Assembly (NCBI GenBank): GCA_020073085.1
Contig: JAIQFV010000009.1
Span: 124,162-188,161 of the forward strand
Reading direction: 5' to 3'
Origin: Terriglobia bacterium
Lineage (GTDB): Bacteria; Acidobacteriota; Terriglobia; JAIQFV01
DNA length: 64,000 nucleotides
Shown: positions 20,629 through 30,707 of the stretch, piece by piece
How the letters are laid out: every line of letters begins with the position of its first letter
Position numbering within the stretch: position 1 is the first letter of the stretch
Notes under the pieces: generated by a model
Told to the model about the DNA's origin: nothing
Databases searched by the model: none
What the model saw: only the letters and a program-made list of their open reading frames with translations
Translations under genes and position numbers: made by a program

Positions 20629-20791
20629 AACACTTCGCGTTTGTCCTCAAGGTTGAAAATGCTTTTCCAGATAGCATGGGATTGACGATCTAGGCAACCG
20701 CTCCAGCCAATCGGATGCAGGGATTAGACGGAGGGTTCAAATCCTGTTTCCGGCCTGTTCATTCCATCCAAGGCAATCGAGGTGGAGTCCT

Positions 20792-21184
20792 TCAGAGACT
20801 TGTGTCGATTGACTCCACCAACCTCTTGGCCTGAGCCCCTTTGGTATCCTTCAAATGACTGATGTACTTGTCAATTCGCTCGAGGGCACTGCGGACAGCC
20901 GCCTCGTCCTCCGCGGCCGCGAGTTGCTTGTAGTGATCCCCAATCTCACTCAACGAACCGGAAAGCAGGTTGAGATAGGTCAGGGCCTCCTTGTCATGAT
21001 AGTGCTTCTCGAACTCCTCGAGACTTTCCCCCTTCACCGTTTTCAAAAGTGCCTGCATGGATTCCTGGTAAGACTTCAAAATCTGGAAGTGAGTGGGACA
21101 GCATTCGTTCTTAACCGCTGAATAGAGTTGGAGCGAGAAACAAAGCAGAGCACAGACACCGATGAAAAGGACCAATCGTTTCAT
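20792..21184 (-). CDS. Hypothetical secreted helical protein
   Basis: GGAGG RBS and signal peptide MKRLVLFIGVCALLC. Confidence 0.75.
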   Translation of the reverse strand: MKRLVLFIGVCALLCFSLQLYSAVKNECCPTHFQILKSYQESMQALLKTVKGESLEEFEKHYHDKEALTYLNLLSGSLSEIGDHYKQLAAAEDEAAVRSALERIDKYISHLKDTKGAQAKRLVESIDTSL

Positions 21185-21289
21185 GGATACCTCCAGGTGG
21201 GACTCGCGCATTCAGGAGTGCCTCCGCACTCGCTCTCCCAAGACGTGGTCTTATTATGAACTTTTCCGCAAGGAAAGTCGAGTGGAGGA

Positions 21290-21446
21290 TAGGTGTCAGG
21301 TTCCTGGTGTCAGGTGTCAGGAAAGGCCATTAAAGACTCGCGATGTGACCAGGAAATGCTTCCTTTCTCTGACTTCAGGCCTCGCCATCAGTTCCAAGGT
21401 ATCCGAATTCGTCTTTCCGACACCTGAAACCCGACACCTGGCACCT
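21290..21446. repeat. Heptamer-repeat hairpin element
   Basis: aggtgtcaggttcctggtgtcaggtgtcagg versus ccgacacctgaaacccgacacctggcacct. Confidence 0.85.
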
Positions 21447-21447
21447 C

Positions 21448-21672
21448 TCATAGCTTAAACGGATCGTACCGATAGGCGGGACATTGTTCCGCGCGCGTTT
21501 TGCCCCCACAGACGTGAAATTTCTGACGCTCTTCGATGGAAATCTCGACCGCATTACAAAAATCCGGCTCCTTGCCCAGATAAGGGTCGTCTTTGAAATG
21601 CCCTCGTCGAAATTCCTTCACGTGATGCGCGCAGTGCTCGCAGGAATACACTTGAGTCGCTACTTCAGCCAT
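21448..21672 (-). CDS. Small Cys/His-rich hypothetical protein
   Basis: 74 aa with CEHCAHH...C...HVC...CPAY; plausible RBS upstream. Confidence 0.65.
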   Translation of the reverse strand: MAEVATQVYSCEHCAHHVKEFRRGHFKDDPYLGKEPDFCNAVEISIEERQKFHVCGGKTRAEQCPAYRYDPFKL

Positions 21673-22079
21673 GATCAGTCCGACATCCTTTTCCAGAAGA
21701 ATTGATCCTTAGCAGGAACAGAAAAGACCATATCCCTACACCAATTAAACCGCCTTCCTCTCCGGAATCTCCAATCGCCAGGGATCCATGGAGGGGCAAA
21801 CAGTCTAGCAGAATTGCGCAGTGCTCCGCATGAATTATTTGGGTCTTCCGGGAATCTGCGGGCGTCAGTGAAGGCAAAGTGTGTGCGAGGTGTTGTCCGC
21901 GGGCGCTGCTCTGAGCTATTGCGGGCCGACCTTCACGCGAAATGGCTCCTCGCAACTCCGCGGCTGCCATCGAGATTTCAAAGTGGGCCTCCGGGGTTTA
22001 AGGACGGTTGGGCTCGCCCTAAAATCAAGCCTGCCCAGGAACGACTCAGACCGTCCCCTGCCGATCCGAACCTCGCATT

Positions 22080-22439
22080 TCAGCCCTTGGGATCTCTTAC
22101 CATTACTTTCCATTGCTCCTCATCGAAGCCGAGATACAACTTCTTTCCGATCTGCACAATCGGACGCCTAATGAGATTGGGTTCCTGGACCATTAATTTC
22201 AGCGCCTCGTCAAATGCAGGCGGGGCGGTCTTCATATTCATCTTTCGAAACAACTCGTTCCTCGGATTCAGAAACAGCCGGTAATCCCGCTCGCCGATCA
22301 GTTCCCGCAGCTCTTCTGTGGAGAGCGGCTGTTTCCCCAAGTCGCGTTCAACCCTTTGCGCCTTCCTGTTTTGCAAGAAACTTCTTGCTTTTCGGCAGGT
22401 GGTTCAAGTCGACTTGAAGTAGAAGGTCATCTTTGCCAT
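22080..22439 (-). CDS. ArsC/Spx-family thioredoxin-fold protein with in-frame UGA (selenocysteine, UxxC)
   Basis: GGAGG RBS, then ATG 22439: MAKMTFYFKST-(TGA 22406-22404)-TTCRKARSFL, in frame with the 22080..22376 ORF that contains PNLIRRPIV and GFDEE. Confidence 0.88.
22364..22403 (-). promoter_or_regulatory. Putative bacterial SECIS element
   Basis: After the UGA: CCUG...GCAAGA-AGUU-UCUUGC...CAGG. The apical loop starts 21 nt after UGA and has G in its second position. Confidence 0.75.
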
Positions 22440-22634
22440 CGCATCCTCCAGGTCCGCGTGATTGAATGGTCGCCGACCTTGACCAGCCCCTCATGGTAGG
22501 CGAATTCATCCCCGGGGGCAAGTGAGGGCGGCCGGATCCCTTGGACTCTCCCCGCTCCGGCCGAATCGATTCTCATTTTCAAACCTCAATAAACTGTGTT
22601 AAATTTCTAGCCCTTTACGCGAAGCAGGGCTGGC

Positions 22635-23747
22635 ATGAGCACCCGAGCGACTCAGGCATCCACCACAAAAAACCGCCGCCTTTACATCGATTGGATGCGG
22701 GGCCTGGCCTGCCTGTTGATGTTTCAAACCCACGTCTATGATTCCTGGCTCTCGCCTTCAGCGCGCACCGGCATCTTCTTCGGGCTGTCCCAGCGGATCG
22801 GCGGCATGCCTGCTCCCATGTTCTTGTTCCTGGCGGGAGTTTCCATGGCCCTGCTCACGCAGTCCTTACGAAAGAAGGGACTGACCGTTGGAGCGAAGAT
22901 GGAAACCACGCTGAGGCGGGGCTTCAGGATTTTCCTGCTCGGCCTTGCGTTCCGGGCCCAGGAATTCATCCTCGGACTTCCCTGGGCGCCGTGGAAGGAC
23001 TTGCTCCGCGTCGATATCCTCAACACCATCGGATTGTCGCTCATGCTGATGGGGCTGGTGATTTCCATCTCCAGCACACGGAAGCAGGACTACTTATTGA
23101 CCGGCCTGGCGACGCTGGCAGTGGCGCTGGCCACTCCCCTGATCTGGTATGGCTCCTATCCCTCCTGGATCCCTTCTCTCTTCACAGACTATTTGCACGG
23201 GGGGCGCCGTCCGTGGTTCTTCCCGGTCTTTCCCTGGGTGGGATTTGCCTTCGCGGGGCTCTTTGTCGGGACCCTGATTATTTCCACCAATGAGAAATTC
23301 AAGGAATCGACGCTGACTCTCTGGTTCACGGCGGGCGGAGTGGTTTCGATCGCGGCGGGGATGATCATGGACCGTCTGCCGGTCCAACTTTATCCGGTGT
23401 ACGACTACTGGCACACTTCACCCAATTTCTTTGCGGTGAAGTTTGGGGTCTTGTTGTTGATGGTGGCGTTTTCCTACTGGTGGTGTGAATGGGTGGGGCA
23501 CCGTGGGTTCAGTTGGGTCGCCCAAATCGGTCAAACTTCATTGCTCGTGTATTGGGTGCACATCCCCTTTGTTTATGGAAGGTTCAAGTACTTCTCTCAC
23601 GACCTCTCCATCGGGGCAGCGAGCGTCGGCCTGGCGGCTGTCGCTGCATCCATGCTGCTGCTTTCGGTCCTGAAGACGCGTTACCGCGACACCGCCAGGA
23701 GCTGGGTCACGGCCACCAGGGCAAGACTAGGTGTCGCAATTCTTTAA
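22635..23747 (+). CDS. DUF1624 / heparan-alpha-glucosaminide N-acetyltransferase-like membrane protein
   Basis: RLYIDWMRGLA..M...H, FLFLAGVS, DILNTIG, FPVFPW and SLLVYWVH; multiple TMs. Confidence 0.85.
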   Translation: MSTRATQASTTKNRRLYIDWMRGLACLLMFQTHVYDSWLSPSARTGIFFGLSQRIGGMPAPMFLFLAGVSMALLTQSLRKKGLTVGAKMETTLRRGFRIFLLGLAFRAQEFILGLPWAPWKDLLRVDILNTIGLSLMLMGLVISISSTRKQDYLLTGLATLAVALATPLIWYGSYPSWIPSLFTDYLHGGRRPWFFPVFPWVGFAFAGLFVGTLIISTNEKFKESTLTLWFTAGGVVSIAAGMIMDRLPVQLYPVYDYWHTSPNFFAVKFGVLLLMVAFSYWWCEWVGHRGFSWVAQIGQTSLLVYWVHIPFVYGRFKYFSHDLSIGAASVGLAAVAASMLLLSVLKTRYRDTARSWVTATRARLGVAIL

Positions 23748-24228
23748 ATTCCTTTTGCTCCTTTTCGCTTGGCGGCTTCAGTTCCGCTTTTCCGGTCAGA
23801 AAGGCGCTCTCATATCCCAGCGCCATGTAATAAATCGCCTTGTCGAAAAACTGGCTGACTCGATCGATTAATTCCAGGGCCTGAAACAGCTCGATGGCGT
23901 TGTCCCCAATCCCAGACCCTTTCACCTCTTTCCAAAGGTTCTCCTTCACCAGGATCAATGCGAAAATCACCTCATGCAGAGGCACTCCCTGTTCTGCGCG
24001 GCGCTCTCCAATGCCAAAGTTCTTCTTTCGGATTTCATCATCAGTCTTTTGCATGATGCAGTCGGAGAGATGTCGATAGATTTCATAGGCCCGGTCGTGC
24101 AACTCTTCCCGGGGGATGTTCTTGCAGAAAATCTGCGTGCGGGGATGTTCGTTAACAGCCTTAAGAAGACGGTCGGCCAGGACGTCAGCATTCTTCTCAA
24201 TCAGACGGACGAGTTTGAGCGCGATCAT
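23707..24228 (-). CDS. Hypothetical globin-like (RsbRD N-terminal-like) protein
   Basis: GERRAEQGVPLHEVIFAL...FFDKAIYY pattern; AGGAGG RBS. Confidence 0.7.
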   Translation of the reverse strand: MIALKLVRLIEKNADVLADRLLKAVNEHPRTQIFCKNIPREELHDRAYEIYRHLSDCIMQKTDDEIRKKNFGIGERRAEQGVPLHEVIFALILVKENLWKEVKGSGIGDNAIELFQALELIDRVSQFFDKAIYYMALGYESAFLTGKAELKPPSEKEQKEFKELRHLVLPWWP

Positions 24229-24543
24229 GGGGCCTCCTTTCGGGAGGGCTCAGCAGGTAATCGTTTCAATGAACAAATTCTCCTTTCTTGGCCTCAATTA
24301 TAAACCCTTGGGTCAGGCCAAATCAATGCGATGAATTCCAACACTCCTCGCCCCACCGCCTCATCACGTCCTCATTCAATCCGATGGGAGATAGAATTCA
24401 TCTTCCCGGAGGGCCCCCACGCTTGTTTGCCCAGGTGAACCAGGAGAACTCAAGTCTCAGGTCAAAGAGCCCACCTGCAAGGCCTGGTTCGAACGGTGTG
24501 ATCAACCGCAGTCCACCCATGAGCGTTGGGACCGGACTCCTCC

Positions 24544-25314
24544 TCAGTGGTAGGGAACGCACAATTTGAATTCCCCGTCACAGACGAAGGCCACGGACTC
24601 GATCGGTTGGTCGCTGCTGAGCACCATGCTCCCTCTCCAATCCTTCTTGTAATCCCCAATCTGAAACTGGGTCGCTTCACCGGGCTGAAGGGTCATTTCA
24701 TCGGCCGTCCATTTCTTCCCGGAGTAGTCCAGCATGTCGCAGATGACCTTGGCTTCCGCTGTCCCAATATTTCGAATAAAGATTCCAGTCTTGTTGGAGA
24801 GGGAGTCCACAACGAACGGATAACGCGCTTTCTCCGTCAGACCAGACGGCTTTATCGGGCCCTCAGTCACGACGAAGACGGGAATATTCGGATTGGCGAC
24901 GAGCGCCGGGGTGTTGAAGACGTGAACATCGACATAACCTATATCATCCTTGTTCAGGGTGGCTTTGGACAGATCCAGGGCCACCGTGAAGGTCAATTTC
25001 ATGGGCGTGGGCATCTGTGGAAGAGGGCAGGCAACCTGGTTGTCAATGAACTGGCAGGAGAGGGAGGTAACGCCCGACCAAACGGGATTCACGGTCATGA
25101 TCGAGACCTTGGTGAGGGGCGGGAAAAGCAACACCATCAGTGCGTTGGATGGGGGAATGAACACGCTGGTCGTCTCGACCTCGATCGGGTCGAGAACCAC
25201 CACTTGCCCCGCAGTGGCCGCAACACTCGAAGCTCTGACCGTAAACTGGTTCTGGGCGGTCAGGAGACCTGTCAAAAGGAGAAATGCAAGACAAAAATAG
25301 AGTCCTCTTTTCAT
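24544..25314 (-). CDS. Hypothetical secreted beta-sandwich protein
   Basis: Signal peptide and AAGGAG RBS. The C-terminal TGIFIRN...LQPG...GSMVLSSDQPI resembles domains of 40705..42558. Confidence 0.75.
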   Translation of the reverse strand: MKRGLYFCLAFLLLTGLLTAQNQFTVRASSVAATAGQVVVLDPIEVETTSVFIPPSNALMVLLFPPLTKVSIMTVNPVWSGVTSLSCQFIDNQVACPLPQMPTPMKLTFTVALDLSKATLNKDDIGYVDVHVFNTPALVANPNIPVFVVTEGPIKPSGLTEKARYPFVVDSLSNKTGIFIRNIGTAEAKVICDMLDYSGKKWTADEMTLQPGEATQFQIGDYKKDWRGSMVLSSDQPIESVAFVCDGEFKLCVPYH

Positions 25315-25757
25315 AAAGCGCTCCTTAGGTGAAATGACTGAGTTTAGACCACAAGTTACATCAAATCGGATTTAGGACCTGGAAATTTGGGTGGCACTCC
25401 TCACGAAAGCCCCGGCATGGGCTGTGGTCTTCAGCGGGATAAGTCAACCTCACACAAGTTGGATATCAGGATTTGGGGAGCCCGCTTACTAGACACTTTC
25501 AACAAGCCTGCCACAAAAAAGGTCCCGGGCGAACAGTTCAACTGCGTATAGTTAACCACTATCGCCCCTCCAAAACAATAGAATTCTTGGAAGCTGTCGA
25601 GACTCTTTGATTATGATCTCACTTGGACTCTTTAGAAATGTCCTCTAGAGTAGGGCCTCCGAGGAGTCGATGCGACGGGGCATTTACTGATGAGCGAGAA
25701 AGAGCGATGGCAGGCAGTGGAGTTGAAGCAGATGAAAGAGAGGAAGAAATCGATCCT

Positions 25758-26250
25758 CCGTGGCAGGATGCTCCGCGTTTGCTGCGAGGCGAGAGTGGGG
25801 GCAGCGGTGAGAGAAACCGTGATAGCCCCGCTGGCGGGGCACTCTGGTGGGGCCAGGATGGGAACAGAATCAGACCAGGCCCGGAGGGCTCAGAGAATGT
25901 AGCCCCACCTGATGCTCCGCGTTCTTTGCGGAGCGAGGGTGGGGTAGCGAGGAGAGAAAATATGAGAGCCCCGCTGGCGGAGCGAAAGAATCCTCCGAGA
26001 CGGGCAAAATAATTCCCTGCTCTCATCATCTCTCCCGTGTATCCTCTCCGTATCGCCTTTCACAGCTCAATGCCGAATTGGCAACCATGGTGGGACTCTT
26101 TCCTTATTTACGTGGTCTTCTCAATTGGTACGCGTATATCTGGGCGTAAGGGGAATCCTGTCGCCCCGCAAGCGGGGCTGGGGTTTCTTCCCCGCATTCT
26201 GACCCCACCCTCCCTTCGCAAAGAACGCGAAGGTCAGGTGGGGCTACATT
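25758..26250. repeat. GTAG-type REP copies in inverted orientation
   Basis: gtagccccacctgatgctccgcgttctttgcggagcgagggtgggg (about 25899) and inverted ccccaccctcccttcgcaaagaacgcgaaggtcaggtggggctac (about 26202); degenerate copy at about 25760. Confidence 0.75.
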
Positions 26251-26334
26251 CTTCGGGCCCTCCGGGCCTAACGTACCCCTTTAAATTCGTGAACGAGCTT
26301 CTATGAGGGGGATATCCTTTGAATCTGCGTACCG

Positions 26335-27351
26335 TTATCGGTTGGAAGCTTCCTGGGTATCGGAGGTGTCCCTCTTTTTAGCGCGAAGGTATTTGCCGAA
26401 AACACCATTCCAGGGCGGAATCACAATGGACACTGCGCCGTAAGCCTGGGCCTGGCAGGCCAGGCGGATGAGGGGCTTCGGCTCATCGCTATCAATGTAT
26501 CCGAATTCTCTGATCTGTTTTGATTCCCGGGGACCGACCGCAGAGAGTTTTTCCGCCCCCGCGAGGATTCCGACCCAGCATGATCCACAGGTCGCGGCAC
26601 GGCACTCGACCGGGATTGGACCTTCATCGGGAACACAGCGGGGATCGAGCGATCGATAGTCCCTCTTGTCGTTGGCTGCCGCCGTGGTAATCTGCTGAGA
26701 GGAAATCAATTTGAACTTCGCGCCTTTGTCGTTTTCGTTGAACGTGACGGTATACTCTTTTGCCTCACCGCGGAGAAAACCGAACAAGCCCTGGGAATCA
26801 TCCCGCGCCCGCGCCTTTAGAATCTTCCCCGGTTTCCTTTTGAGATGCCTCGGGCCGATCTGGACCGCTCCGGGCGCGGCACGGAAGGCGTCCATGCCCA
26901 CTTGCTGCAAGGTCATGAAAGCGACCGCGGTGATCCCGATGAGGAAAGATTCGTGGACCTTGACGCGTAGCGAAACATCTCGCGCGACATCGATGATCTG
27001 GGCCGCCAGTTCCAGGCTCTCGGGGGGTCTGCTGTCCTCGGCAAAGCCTTCCACTGCCTTCTTCACCTGTGGCCAGTATCGGTGGCCATAAAAGAATGCA
27101 TGGGACGAATCGATCTGGTCTTTCAATTCATTCCGCCCCGCCAACAAAAGCCTCTTGGCCAATTCGCCGGGGTTCTCTGCCTGTTGCATAGCTTGATGCA
27201 GCGAGAGCGGAAAAAACCTGAACCAGATCTGGGTGGCGGTTTTGTCGACAGGGTGAATTGAAGGTAGAAGCGCGGAAACAACCTCAGACCACGCCTCTTC
27301 ATCATGTTGATTCAAGAAGGCATCAAACAAGGGTTCGCTCTGTGTGTTCAT
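26335..27351 (-). CDS. Protein with C-terminal plant-type [2Fe-2S] ferredoxin domain and unknown helical N-terminus
   Basis: CRAATCGSC...RLACQA. Confidence 0.85.
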   Translation of the reverse strand: MNTQSEPLFDAFLNQHDEEAWSEVVSALLPSIHPVDKTATQIWFRFFPLSLHQAMQQAENPGELAKRLLLAGRNELKDQIDSSHAFFYGHRYWPQVKKAVEGFAEDSRPPESLELAAQIIDVARDVSLRVKVHESFLIGITAVAFMTLQQVGMDAFRAAPGAVQIGPRHLKRKPGKILKARARDDSQGLFGFLRGEAKEYTVTFNENDKGAKFKLISSQQITTAAANDKRDYRSLDPRCVPDEGPIPVECRAATCGSCWVGILAGAEKLSAVGPRESKQIREFGYIDSDEPKPLIRLACQAQAYGAVSIVIPPWNGVFGKYLRAKKRDTSDTQEASNR

Positions 27352-27473
27352 GGTTATGGGCCGGATTTTTCTTTTTCGTGTCTCTCCATCTTGAAGCGCG
27401 GATTCTCCGCCCCGGGCCTTTACCTTGAGAGCTGCGTTCTCCCCTCGGCCGGGTAAGGGGCCGGAAATATTCC

Positions 27474-27935
27474 TCAGCGCGCTTTCTTCAACAGGGCAAT
27501 CTGCCCCGCGTGATAAAGGTTATGTTGGACGGCACCGTGAAGCATAACATAGACGGTGTACCCCTTTCCAGCCACTGTTTCCTCAAGCCGCGCGTCCTCC
27601 AATTGGGAGATTTTCTGGCGCAAGCCCTGGTAACTGCCCTCCAGATCTTCGAGACACTTGGTCCATGCCTGTTTGCCGGTATCCCGGACCGCCGGCCAGT
27701 CCTCCTCAGGCGGCAGATCGGCGACGACCTCGCCTTCAAGCCGCCGCCGTACGACCTGCATCCAGGCGGATAGATGCAGCACGATTTCCCAGATGCTGTG
27801 CAATCCGCGAATAGGTTTGATGGCCGCCTTTTGGGCGGTGACTTCCGAAAGGATTTCTTTGAGCGCCGGCCCGTGCCAGGCATCCCCTTCAAACGCCCGT
27901 CTTAATTGATCGTCAATCCTCGATGTCTCAGTCAT
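27474..27935 (-). CDS. DinB family protein
   Basis: AWHGP, HSIWEIVLH and QHNLYHAGQI. Confidence 0.92.
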   Translation of the reverse strand: MTETSRIDDQLRRAFEGDAWHGPALKEILSEVTAQKAAIKPIRGLHSIWEIVLHLSAWMQVVRRRLEGEVVADLPPEEDWPAVRDTGKQAWTKCLEDLEGSYQGLRQKISQLEDARLEETVAGKGYTVYVMLHGAVQHNLYHAGQIALLKKAR

Positions 27936-28022
27936 GCATCCCTCCTGTTTCCACATTCACCACGGCGACACAAATATGGCAGGAGCGTGCTAGGATATGC
28001 CAAATTTTCATCCGGAGGCCCT

Positions 28023-30662
28023 ATGACTCTCCCTCGTAGATTGTTGGTTGCGGTGATCGTTTCCATCATATCAGGAATGGTGCCGACTCATGCAAGTGAT
28101 AATTCAGCGGTCAAGCCGGCCCCCCGGGCAGCCCCTTCCCGGGATGCAAACGTCACCGCGTGGACACTGGCTAACGGTCTCGCGGTTGTTCACATCCGGA
28201 AGCCCTCTTCGAAAGTGCTGGCTTCGATTGTCACGATTAACGTCGGCTCCAAGGATGAAAAAAGTGAGACCAGCGGACTCTCGCATCTGCTCGAGCACAT
28301 GGTCTTCGACGGGACACAGCGGCGCAGCCGGGCTGAGATTAACGAGGGCTCCAAACGCTATGGAGGGTACGTCAACGCCACTACGCGGGCTGGATTCACG
28401 TGCTACCTCTCCATCTTCCCGTCCGAGTTCGCGGAGCTGTCACTTGACCTCCAGGGTGACATGCTCTTTCATTCCACGATTCCCTCGCAGGAACTGGAAA
28501 AGGAGCGCAAGGTTGTCATCGAGGAAATGAAGAAAGACCGCGATTCACCGGTCACCCGGGCCGCCGAATTCCACGACGAGCTGCTTTTTCAAGGGACAGC
28601 CTATGCCCGGCCCGTGCTGGGTTTTGAGCAGACCATCGCGTCGGTCCCCCGGTCGACGGTCCTCACCTACTATCAGCAGCACTATGTTCCCTCACGCATG
28701 AAAGCGATGATCATCAGCCCATTCCCGGCCTCCGAAGTCAAAAAGTGGATGGATAAGACATTTGGGACGGCCGGTTCTCCCGGCGCATCCGTGAAAGGAG
28801 CATCCCGGTGGACTTTTCCCACAGCCGGGGCGCCGCAGTACAAGGAAGAAGAGGTGCCCGCGGCCTACCTCGAGATATCCCTGCCCGCTCCAGCACTGGG
28901 GGACTCCGATTACTTCGCCTATGACCTGCTGTCGCGCTATCTCGCGGAGGGAGGGGCTTCCCCACTCCAACGGGCCCTCCGCATGGTGCGTCCGCCGCTG
29001 GTCGATAGCGTGAGCGCGGATTTGAACACGGAGGATACATTCTCAATCTGGAAAATTTCCATGGTCACACAACCCGGCCAGATTCCCGATGTGCTTGAAA
29101 GCTTGCGTCGCACCCTGCAAACCCTCGCCACCACCGGAATCCCTGCAGAGGAGATGCCCCGACTCCAGCGCCAGGTGCTTTCACAGGAAGCCATCCTGTC
29201 GGAGCAGGCCATGTACTACGGATTCCTCAAGGCGCCTTATATGAATGCCAAAGGGTACTCATTCGTCGCCACCTATCCCGAGCGGCTTCGCGGCGTCACA
29301 CCTGAGGCGGTGCGAAGAGTGGCAGAAAAATACTTCGCTAACCCGGTCTTCTTCATAACCGCCCTTGTTCCCAAGGGCAAGATTCCTCCTATCGAACCTG
29401 CAGGCGACGCCCATGCGTGGAAAAAGGAAACACTGCCCAACGGCGTGACGCTGATTGCGAAAGGGAGTGACGAATCCGATGTTTTTGCGATGAGCCTGTT
29501 CACGCGCCAGCGCTCCGCCCTCGAACCGCAGGATCTGGAAGGGATTTCTGATTTCGTTCAGCGCATGCTGCTCAAAGGCACAGCTTCCCGAAGCGAGGAG
29601 GCCATTCAAAAGGAACTGGACGATCTTTCGGCCCAAATTCAATTTGTCGACAACCCGTTCATTCCTTATGACGATGCCTGGACCACAAACCGCTTCAACT
29701 TCTTCCGCCTGGAAGCGCTGGATGAACTGCGGGGCCGTGCACTGGACTTGATGGGCGATGTGATTGCCAATGCCAACTTTCCCGACGCGCAAGTCGCCAA
29801 GGTGCGCGAGGAAATCGTCCGGCTTCAAACGCGGGAGGCCGACAATTCCTCGAAACGAGCCGTCCAGCGCCTCCATAATCTGCTCTTGGCTTCAACCCCG
29901 TACAGCCGGACGATTCTTGGAAGCGAGGGATCCATCCGAAAGATCAACCGCGAGTCGCTGATCGAACACTATAGACACATGTACGCCCCCTCCAATCTGG
30001 TGGTGATTGCCGCAGGCAAGGGAACTACCGCTGGGGTCCTGCGCGATCTCAGGTCGCGCTTCGAGAGTCTGAAGGGGGACGGTGTAAACCTTTCTGTGAC
30101 ACCTCCGACGCCTCGCACCAACTTTCTCTCGGAGAAAATTACCGTCAACAAGCAGCAGACCCAGATTGCAGCCGGGACGCTGGCGGCCGGTTGGAATTCA
30201 CCGGATGCGGCTGCCCTGCGCGTGTTGAATTCCGTCCTTTCGGAGCGGCTGGCGGTGGATCTGCGAGAAAAGCAGGGACTGGCTTACTCCGTAGGTTCGG
30301 ATCTACAGCAGGAACGCGACTACGGTTGGATCGAAGTTCGGATGGGCACGCGTGCCGAGGCCGCTGAACAAGCCCGCGAGGGGTTGCTGGCCGTGGTGCG
30401 TAAACTGGCGGGCGGCGAGATCTCGGCCGAGGAGCGCGAGCGGGCGATCAACGGCATGTGGGGCAGCCTCTTGCGCCAACGGTTGTCACGCATCGGCCAG
30501 ACTTTCTATCGCGGGATCGACGAAGTCCGCGGCTCGGGTTATGACGCCGAAGATCGATTATTGGCGTCATTGAAAGCCGTCACCCTGGAAGACCTGAGAC
30601 GCGTCGCGGGCGAGGCCTTGAATACCAATCGCTGGGTCATGGTGTCAGTGGGAAAGAATTGA
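28023..30662 (+). CDS. M16 (pitrilysin) family zinc peptidase, secreted
   Basis: HLLEH (HXXEH), NATT, LREKQGLAY; duplicated M16 architecture; signal peptide. Confidence 0.93.
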   Translation: MTLPRRLLVAVIVSIISGMVPTHASDNSAVKPAPRAAPSRDANVTAWTLANGLAVVHIRKPSSKVLASIVTINVGSKDEKSETSGLSHLLEHMVFDGTQRRSRAEINEGSKRYGGYVNATTRAGFTCYLSIFPSEFAELSLDLQGDMLFHSTIPSQELEKERKVVIEEMKKDRDSPVTRAAEFHDELLFQGTAYARPVLGFEQTIASVPRSTVLTYYQQHYVPSRMKAMIISPFPASEVKKWMDKTFGTAGSPGASVKGASRWTFPTAGAPQYKEEEVPAAYLEISLPAPALGDSDYFAYDLLSRYLAEGGASPLQRALRMVRPPLVDSVSADLNTEDTFSIWKISMVTQPGQIPDVLESLRRTLQTLATTGIPAEEMPRLQRQVLSQEAILSEQAMYYGFLKAPYMNAKGYSFVATYPERLRGVTPEAVRRVAEKYFANPVFFITALVPKGKIPPIEPAGDAHAWKKETLPNGVTLIAKGSDESDVFAMSLFTRQRSALEPQDLEGISDFVQRMLLKGTASRSEEAIQKELDDLSAQIQFVDNPFIPYDDAWTTNRFNFFRLEALDELRGRALDLMGDVIANANFPDAQVAKVREEIVRLQTREADNSSKRAVQRLHNLLLASTPYSRTILGSEGSIRKINRESLIEHYRHMYAPSNLVVIAAGKGTTAGVLRDLRSRFESLKGDGVNLSVTPPTPRTNFLSEKITVNKQQTQIAAGTLAAGWNSPDAAALRVLNSVLSERLAVDLREKQGLAYSVGSDLQQERDYGWIEVRMGTRAEAAEQAREGLLAVVRKLAGGEISAEERERAINGMWGSLLRQRLSRIGQTFYRGIDEVRGSGYDAEDRLLASLKAVTLEDLRRVAGEALNTNRWVMVSVGKN

Positions 30663-30665
30663 AGC

Positions 30666-30707
30666 TTTGGTAGCCCCGCCTGCGTTTTTTGCCGGCGGGG
30701 GCTCTTG
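30666..30707. repeat. GTAG-type REP (same family as the 35-38 kb arrays)
   Basis: tttggtagccccgcctgcgttttttgccggcgggggctctt. Confidence 0.75.

Noticed and set aside
22080-22376. 98-aa ORF with TTG start as the full gene, or the locus as a nonsense pseudogene
   Set aside because: It lacks the N-terminal redox motif and RBS. The UGA falls exactly on the catalytic Cys position and is followed by a SECIS-like hairpin.
25619-26306. ORFs of 70-136 aa on both strands
   Set aside because: They are translations of REP palindromes and low-complexity intergenic DNA.
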